Source: an uncultured Candidatus Saccharibacteria bacterium (GTDB taxonomy: Bacteria; Patescibacteriota; Minisyncoccia; Phycocordibacterales; UBA9973). Taken from it: DNA of 64,000 nt. The number at the start of each line of letters is the position of its first letter. Positions within the stretch are counted from its first letter, which is position 1. Positions 58,669 through 64,000 of the stretch are shown here, in pieces. The notes beneath the pieces are model-generated. The model searched no databases and had not been told where the DNA came from. It saw nothing but the letters and a program-made list of their open reading frames with translations. A program made the position numbers and the translations under genes. The stretch spans positions 1,859 through 65,858 of the forward strand of contig CAZLWF010000002.1 in assembly GCA_964563615.1 (NCBI GenBank), written 5' to 3'.

Positions 58669-58755
58669 GGAGGCGTGGATGAGTGGTTTAAATCAACAGT
58701 TTACTAAACTGTCGACCCTTTACCGGGTCCGTGAGTTCGAATCTCACCGCCTCCG
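58669..58755 (+). tRNA. tRNA-Ser-like class II tRNA with unusual anticodon loop TTACTAA (anticodon ACT as read)
   Basis: GGAGGCGTGGATGAGTGGTTTAAATCAACAGTTTACTAAACTGTCGACCCTTTACCGGGTCCGTGAGTTCGAATCTCACCGCCTCCG folds into a full cloverleaf with a long variable arm. U33 and A37 are in place, but position 34 is A. Confidence 0.55.
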
Positions 58756-58873
58756 CTTGAGCTTCGCGAAAGCGCTGGCGAGCATGTGAACTGCTTCACA
58801 TGCGGGTGAGGTTCGAAAGACTTTTCCGTACGAGCGTAGCGAGGTGGAAAAGTACCAGGCTCTGTAGGTAGCC

Positions 58874-58890
58874 GAATCTCACCGCCTCCG
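58874..58890 (+). repeat. 17-bp direct repeat of the tRNA-Ser-like 3' end (gaatctcaccgcctccg), 118 bp downstream of the tRNA
   Basis: Exact copy of 58739-58755. The intervening segment contains a perfect 8-bp-stem hairpin catgtgaa-ctgc-ttcacatg and T-arm-like fragments. Confidence 0.75.
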
Positions 58891-58892
58891 CA

Positions 58893-58930
58893 AAAAGAAA
58901 GAAGAGATATAGACATATCTCTTCTTGTAT
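58893..58930. terminator. Intrinsic terminator (11-bp stem), serves the minus-strand kinase gene and possibly the plus-strand tRNA
   Basis: agaagagatat-agac-atatctcttct with T-rich flanks on the minus-strand RNA. Confidence 0.55.
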
Positions 58931-58937
58931 CCATTAC

Positions 58938-59576
58938 TTATACCTCTAAAAAACCAAACTGCGCAATGAGTTTGTTTTCCAAATCTTGCAGTGTCCCGGC
59001 ATTTTCTATTTGAATATATACTCCAGCTCGCTTTGCTGCTCTAATAATTTCATCTCTATTGTTTGTCCACCAACGTAACTTGATATCAATTTTATCAAGA
59101 TCAGGCACTCCTATCTCTCCCTCAAGACTCAAATCTTTTCTCTTGTCTTGTTTTGTTCTTTCATACAATCGCTTCCGACAACTTTCGTCCGATGAAACGA
59201 TTTCGATAATTTTCATTGATGAAACATATCTAATCTTTGTTAATGAAAGCATCATTTCAAATTCTTCCACCGATCGCGGACTTCCTTCATGAAGGATGTA
59301 TTGATCTGGCTTAAGGTTTTTGAATAAATGTGTAAGCCAAAGCGATGCTGCAACAATAGCAGGCTGCCGTAAACAAGCATTATTGATGCGTTCCATCTGT
59401 TCGGTTAGGTAAGTTTTTTGCTGAATGCAATCCCGTATGAGATCACCAGTGCTTAGTTCTAATACTGATAGTGAATATTTCGTATACCAATCATGAACTA
59501 TTTTAGTGGCTGTGCCTTTACCAGAACCGCTTTGCCCTACAATAATAAGCCATTGGGGTAATTGTGGAGTTTCCAT
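58938..59576 (-). CDS. NMP-kinase-fold protein (adenylate/cytidylate kinase-like P-loop kinase)
   Basis: Walker A IIVGQSGSGKGT. A LID/NMP-binding-like HEGSPRSVEEFE resembles the GFPR motif of NMP kinases. The start is taken as the internal METPQLP. Confidence 0.45.
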   Translation of the reverse strand: METPQLPQWLIIVGQSGSGKGTATKIVHDWYTKYSLSVLELSTGDLIRDCIQQKTYLTEQMERINNACLRQPAIVAASLWLTHLFKNLKPDQYILHEGSPRSVEEFEMMLSLTKIRYVSSMKIIEIVSSDESCRKRLYERTKQDKRKDLSLEGEIGVPDLDKIDIKLRWWTNNRDEIIRAAKRAGVYIQIENAGTLQDLENKLIAQFGFLEV

Positions 59577-59694
59577 GTACAAATTTTTCTTCACTCTACC
59601 TTACTTAATAACCTTTGTCAAAAAAAGGAATTGTATTGTATTAAAATTAGAAAATAATTTAAAGATTATCTATTCCAAGTGCTATACTATTTCC

Positions 59695-60450
59695 ATGGAA
59701 GAAGAGCTAGTCAAACTCAAAGCCGAAAATGAACGCCTGAACAAAATGAATCAGGTCAAAAGCGAATGGATCTCGATCGCGGCCCATCAACTGCGTACCT
59801 CCCTCTCTGCTATAAAATGGATACTCAAAATGTTCATCGATGGCGACTTCGGCAAACTTTCTCAAGAGCAAGACTCCATGATGAGCAAAGCCTACGGCTC
59901 CAACGAGCGCATGCTTGCGCTTATCCAAGAGATGCTGTCGCTAAACCATAACGACGAAGCGACGCTTACCTACGATATCAAAGAAAATAACCTGATGGAT
60001 ATTATCGAATCAACGCTGTTTGACTTTACTGGTGAGTCATTCAAGAAAGGCGTCGAGATCGTATTTCTACGACCAGAAGAAACAATACCACTCTTGCCTT
60101 TCGACAAAGAGAAAGTCCGCGTCGTCATCCAAAACCTCATCGAAAATGCTATCAAGTACAGCCGCAAAGGCGACAAGGTCTTCATCGGCATTCACGTCTA
60201 CCCTGATACAGTGAGTCTCACCGTTAAAGACACTGGCATTGGCATTCCCCAAAGCCAGCAGGAGCATATATTTGAGAAATTCTTCCGCGCAACGAATGCA
60301 AAAGAAAAAGAAGAGATCGGTTCTGGACTCGGACTCTATACCGTCAAAAATATCATCACTGAACACGGGGGGACTATTACCTTTGAGAGTAAAGACAACG
60401 AAGGAACAACATTTACGATAACGCTTCCCTTGCACAAGGCGTCCCACTAG
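59695..60450 (+). CDS. Cytoplasmic histidine kinase (coiled-coil + HisKA + HATPase_c), no TM
   Basis: It starts at the internal MEEELVKLKAENERL. H-box AAHQLRTSLSAIK, N-box NLIENAIKYS and G-box GSGLGLYTVKNII are present. Confidence 0.7.
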   Translation: MEEELVKLKAENERLNKMNQVKSEWISIAAHQLRTSLSAIKWILKMFIDGDFGKLSQEQDSMMSKAYGSNERMLALIQEMLSLNHNDEATLTYDIKENNLMDIIESTLFDFTGESFKKGVEIVFLRPEETIPLLPFDKEKVRVVIQNLIENAIKYSRKGDKVFIGIHVYPDTVSLTVKDTGIGIPQSQQEHIFEKFFRATNAKEKEEIGSGLGLYTVKNIITEHGGTITFESKDNEGTTFTITLPLHKASH

Positions 60451-60559
60451 GTGTATACTCGATACATATCCGAGAGAAACTGAGGCTATACATCCGGAAA
60501 CATATTCGTTATTAAATTAATTTATGTAGAAGAGGATATCCTTTTCTCACCACTACCGA

Positions 60560-60928
60560 ATGCATAAGAAAATTTTGATTGTTGAAGATGATTCTTTCCT
60601 CCAAGGTCTTTCTGCTGGCAAACTTGCCAAAGAAGGTTTTGAAATAGCGACTGCCGGCAACGGCGAAGATGCTATTAAGCTTGCCGATAGCGACAAGCCT
60701 GATCTGATTTTGCTCGATTTGGTGCTACCTGGTATGGACGGCTTTACCACTCTCGATAAAATAAGGAAAAATGCAGCTCTTGCTGCGACGCCAGTCATCG
60801 TCTTCTCAAATTTGAGTGAAGAGAAAAACATCACCCACGCTAAAGAACTCGGCGCTACAGACTTCATGATCAAATCAAACTTCACACTTGATGAATTGGC
60901 TGAAAAGATCAAGAGCATTCTCAAGTAA
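60560..60928 (+). CDS. Single-domain response regulator (CheY-like receiver only)
   Basis: 122 aa. The acidic pocket is KILIVEDD, the phospho-acceptor Asp is at LILLDLVLPGMDG, and the conserved Lys region is KSNF. Confidence 0.8.
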   Translation: MHKKILIVEDDSFLQGLSAGKLAKEGFEIATAGNGEDAIKLADSDKPDLILLDLVLPGMDGFTTLDKIRKNAALAATPVIVFSNLSEEKNITHAKELGATDFMIKSNFTLDELAEKIKSILK

Positions 60929-60953
60929 TTTTTATTAATCTAAAATTTTATAT

Positions 60954-61409
60954 ATGAGCAAAACATCAGCAATTATTGGGCTTATCGTGCTTGTCGCCGT
61001 TGGCGGATTCTTACTTTTTAATAAAAAGAAGGCACCTGAATCAACGACACCGACATTTACCACAGAAACTAATACCTACGTTCCCGACACCAATAGCCAA
61101 GACTTCCTCGCGACGCCTGAGCCACAAACAGTCGCTGTTACCTATACCAACACAGGCTTTAGCCCAGGAACAGTGACTATCAACAAAGGTGACACGGTCA
61201 CATTTGAAAACAAGGGTACTCAAAATATGTGGGTCGCATCAAATCCTCATCCTGCACATACTGACTATTCAGCGTTTGACGCCAAGAAGGGCTACGCACC
61301 GGGTGAAAGCTATAGTTATACTTTCACTGAAACTGGCACGTTCCCATTCCATGATCATTTGCATTCTTCCCTCGGCGGCACCATCATCGTAGTTGCAGGA
61401 GATAAATAA
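60954..61409 (+). CDS. Secreted cupredoxin-fold protein without Cys (His-rich putative metal site)
   Basis: It has a signal peptide. Beta-sandwich pattern GTVTINKGDTVTFENKG..., His clusters HPAHTDY and FHDHLH. It lacks a Cys ligand, so it is not a classic type-1 copper site. Confidence 0.45.
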   Translation: MSKTSAIIGLIVLVAVGGFLLFNKKKAPESTTPTFTTETNTYVPDTNSQDFLATPEPQTVAVTYTNTGFSPGTVTINKGDTVTFENKGTQNMWVASNPHPAHTDYSAFDAKKGYAPGESYSYTFTETGTFPFHDHLHSSLGGTIIVVAGDK

Positions 61410-61474
61410 AAAAGAATTCTAAACAAAAACAAAACCGTACGGTTTTGTTTTTGTTTACGCTACAATAGACCTAC

Positions 61475-63655
61475 ATGCAAAAAAGTGACCCACTTACTAC
61501 CCATTTTAGGATTGATGTTAAAGCTCAATCAGCCCTCAAACGCTTAGGGATCGTTACGATCAAGGACATGCTCTATCATTTCCCTGCTCGCTACTCGAGC
61601 ATCGCAGAGCTTCATTTTATTAATGAACTCTCAGTCGGTGAACAGGCAACCATCCTCGGCACGATTACCAAAGCAAATACCAAGAAATCCTTCAGAACTA
61701 AAGTGCCCATAGCCGAAGTAACACTCGAAGACCAGACAGGTACTATTTCTATCGTTTGGTTCCATCAAGCCTACTTAGCAAAAATGTTTCGAGTCGGCGA
61801 TAGTGTCAAAGTTACCGGCCGTGTCACTGAAACTAAACAGGGCCTGACGCTTGCCAATCCAGAAATCGAAAAAACTCCTACTCTTGCGATCGACATGCAC
61901 CATACACTTTTTGCAAATGACAGCGCATCGCATAAAAGCATTTCGTTCCCTATTTATCCTGAGAGCCGTGGCGTAACATCCAAATTTATATACCACACGA
62001 TACAGAAAATATTAAAAAGTGATTTACTCGAGTCACTCATCGATCCAATACCAGAATTTATTTTAAAAAAGTACAGTTTACCCAAGCTGCAAACAGCGCT
62101 CGTCTGGATTCATGCCCCCCAAAACGAAAACCATGCACTTGCAGCGCGCAAACGCTTTGCATTTGAAGAAGTATTTTTCATACAGCTCGTCAAGCAAAGA
62201 GAGCGCAACAAATTTAAACATGAGCGCTCTTACACGATTAATATTCCAGAGGCAACCATCACTGACTTTACCAAGCGATTCCCCTTTGCATTAACAGAAG
62301 GTCAAGAGCGCGCCATCAAAGGCATCACTGCAGATCTTGTTAAAGGTCATCCTATGTCACGACTACTCGAAGGTGATGTTGGCTCCGGCAAAACTGCTAT
62401 TGCTGCAACAGCGGCATACGGCATCGTCACCAATCGTCCAGCACTGCAGACGTTTGGTAATCTCCAAGTAGCCTATATGGCACCCACCGAAATACTTGCC
62501 ACCCAGCTCTTTGAGAATTTTATTTCTTATTTTAGGCACACCGGCATACAGATTGGGCTCATGACTGGCTCAGGCTGTCGAAAATTCCCGAGCAAGGTCG
62601 CATCTGCCACAACGACCTGGACTAATATTTCGCGTGCGCAACTTTTAAAATGGGTAGTCAACGGGGAAATACCAATACTTATCGGCACTCATGCGCTTAT
62701 TCAAAAAAGTGTCATCTTCAAGCATCTCGCACTTGTGATTATCGATGAGCAACATCGTTTCGGCACGATGCAGCGCAGCTCGCTCGTCCATAAAGATAGC
62801 AAGCTCGGGACTGTGGTACCACATTTGCTTTCGATGACTGCGACACCTATCCCTCGAACGCTTGCGCTGACGATTTATGGCGATCTTGATCTTACACTTC
62901 TCGATCAAATGCCTCACGGGAGAAAGCCTATCATTACTAAAATTATTGCTTCAGCAAAGCGTGATGAAGCGTATACTGAGATAGAGAAGGAACTCGTCAA
63001 AGGCAGGCAGGTATATATTATCTGTCCGCGAATCAACGAACCAGATCCAACCAAAGAACTAGCCCTCCAAGCAAAGTCTGTGACTGAAGAAGCAAAACGA
63101 TTGAAATTGAAAGTATTTCCCAAGTACACCATCGGCATCCTGCATTCGAAAATGACGAAACAAAAGAAAGAAAAAGTTATGGATGATTTCTCAAAGCATG
63201 CAATAGATATCCTCTGCGCGACTTCAGTTGTCGAAGTTGGCGTCAACGTCCCCAATGCTACTGTTATCGTTATCGAAGGTGCAGAGCGATTTGGACTCGC
63301 ACAATTACACCAGCTCCGAGGTCGAGTGATACGCAGCAATGAGCAAGCGTACTGTTACTTATTTGCTGAAGCGAAATCAGAGAAAACTCGCGACCGACTG
63401 CAAGCGCTTGTGACTGCAAAAAATGGTTTTGAACTATCCGAACTCGACCTGACACTTCGTGGCGCAGGCGAGCTAGGCGGAGGGCGCCAATGGGGTATTA
63501 CTGATATCGGCATGGAAGCAATCAAGAATATAAAGATGGTAGAAGCAGCACGAAGTGAAGCATACGAACTCGTAGAAACTGGATCACTTATAAACTACCC
63601 TGCATTAGAAAGCACCCTTGGGGAACGTAAGGCAAGCGAAATCCATTTTGAATAA
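61475..63655 (+). CDS. recG: ATP-dependent DNA helicase RecG
   Basis: N-terminal wedge/OB domain, and SF2 helicase motifs I GDVGSGKT, II DEQHRFG and VI QLRGRVIR. Confidence 0.85.
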   Translation: MQKSDPLTTHFRIDVKAQSALKRLGIVTIKDMLYHFPARYSSIAELHFINELSVGEQATILGTITKANTKKSFRTKVPIAEVTLEDQTGTISIVWFHQAYLAKMFRVGDSVKVTGRVTETKQGLTLANPEIEKTPTLAIDMHHTLFANDSASHKSISFPIYPESRGVTSKFIYHTIQKILKSDLLESLIDPIPEFILKKYSLPKLQTALVWIHAPQNENHALAARKRFAFEEVFFIQLVKQRERNKFKHERSYTINIPEATITDFTKRFPFALTEGQERAIKGITADLVKGHPMSRLLEGDVGSGKTAIAATAAYGIVTNRPALQTFGNLQVAYMAPTEILATQLFENFISYFRHTGIQIGLMTGSGCRKFPSKVASATTTWTNISRAQLLKWVVNGEIPILIGTHALIQKSVIFKHLALVIIDEQHRFGTMQRSSLVHKDSKLGTVVPHLLSMTATPIPRTLALTIYGDLDLTLLDQMPHGRKPIITKIIASAKRDEAYTEIEKELVKGRQVYIICPRINEPDPTKELALQAKSVTEEAKRLKLKVFPKYTIGILHSKMTKQKKEKVMDDFSKHAIDILCATSVVEVGVNVPNATVIVIEGAERFGLAQLHQLRGRVIRSNEQAYCYLFAEAKSEKTRDRLQALVTAKNGFELSELDLTLRGAGELGGGRQWGITDIGMEAIKNIKMVEAARSEAYELVETGSLINYPALESTLGERKASEIHFE

Positions 63656-63800
63656 TAGTATTGTTGGACTTATGTCAATAACGAAACGTAGCAAATTAAT
63701 AATTTTGAACCGAACATTGTCTGAGCATTCCACAATTTCTAACACAGAATGCGAGTTTGTGAGGTAAGAAATTATTAATTTGTGAAGTTTATTATGTACG

Positions 63801-64000
63801 TTACTGAGCAAATGCAGGTGCATTACCACTTACGGTAGGACGAATATTCTTTTTTGTGATATTTGAATTAACAATTACTTCTTTGAGGTATTGCTTCATA
63901 TAGGCGCTAGCTTTTTGAGCTTTTGTTTCTTCGGTTGATTCAACTGGTACTACTTCCAACTGTATATCTGGATATTTTGCCCGAATACTATTGATAGCAA
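63801..64000 (-). CDS. Partial CDS (C-terminal end only), unknown function
   Basis: The minus-strand frame ends ...KEVIVNSNITKKNIRPTVSGNAPAFAQ with a stop at 63801-63803. The gene continues beyond the window edge. Confidence 0.25.
   Translation of the reverse strand, partial: AINSIRAKYPDIQLEVVPVESTEETKAQKASAYMKQYLKEVIVNSNITKKNIRPTVSGNAPAFAQ

Noticed and set aside
58669-58892. tmRNA (ssrA) spanning the tRNA-like gene and the duplicated 3' end
   Set aside because: The tRNA-like part is a complete Ser-type cloverleaf with a long variable arm, not the Ala-type acceptor/T-arm-only module of tmRNA. The interval is too short for pseudoknots plus a tag ORF.
58704-58934. Minus-strand 76-aa ORF with a repeated GGGEIR peptide
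   Set aside because: It lies antisense across the tRNA-Ser-like gene and its 17-bp repeat. The internal peptide repeat is simply the translated direct repeat.
1-64000. CRISPR arrays, rRNA genes, transposases/integrases
   Set aside because: No regularly spaced short repeats, rRNA-like conserved stretches or recognisable IS transposase or integrase ORFs were seen in this window.

Overview
This is an AT-rich, gene-dense bacterial window that uses the standard genetic code; TGA serves as a stop codon, for example at 7237-7239. The gene content and style point to a Candidate Phyla Radiation (Patescibacteria)-like genome. Supporting signs are very short intergenic regions, few Shine-Dalgarno sequences, many small membrane proteins, an N-terminally short RF2 without a frameshift site, and an archaeal-type cupin phosphoglucose isomerase. 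The window holds housekeeping genes: groES/groEL, secG, rnj, pyrG, ftsEX, prfB, alr, purA, guaB, gatCA, ligA and recG. It also has a glycogen cluster (glgP, GH57, glgA, cupin PGI). A complete type IV pilus operon runs pilM-N-O-?-B-T-C-pilA, a terminator, then pilD and four minor pilins. It is followed by the competence gene comFC. The window carries two two-component systems and eight tRNA genes, including a tRNA hotspot with degenerate tRNA fragments. An accessory stretch next to tRNA-Gln holds two small nucleotidyltransferases of antibiotic-modifying families, dgkA, a DUF1801 protein and a frameshifted NUDIX gene. The most unusual locus is a circularly permuted ATP-grasp-like protein paired with a stand-alone YafJ-type class II glutamine amidotransferase (15443-17278). 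Other odd points are a tRNA-Ser-like gene with an ACU anticodon followed by a 17-bp copy of its own 3' end, and a perfect 23-bp inverted repeat filling the gatC-gatA spacer. There are also tRNA-Asp-derived inverted repeats forming a long helix in the leader of a VanY-type carboxypeptidase, and a membrane protein with a HEPN-like Rx4H motif. Coordinates counted by hand may be off by 1-2 bp.
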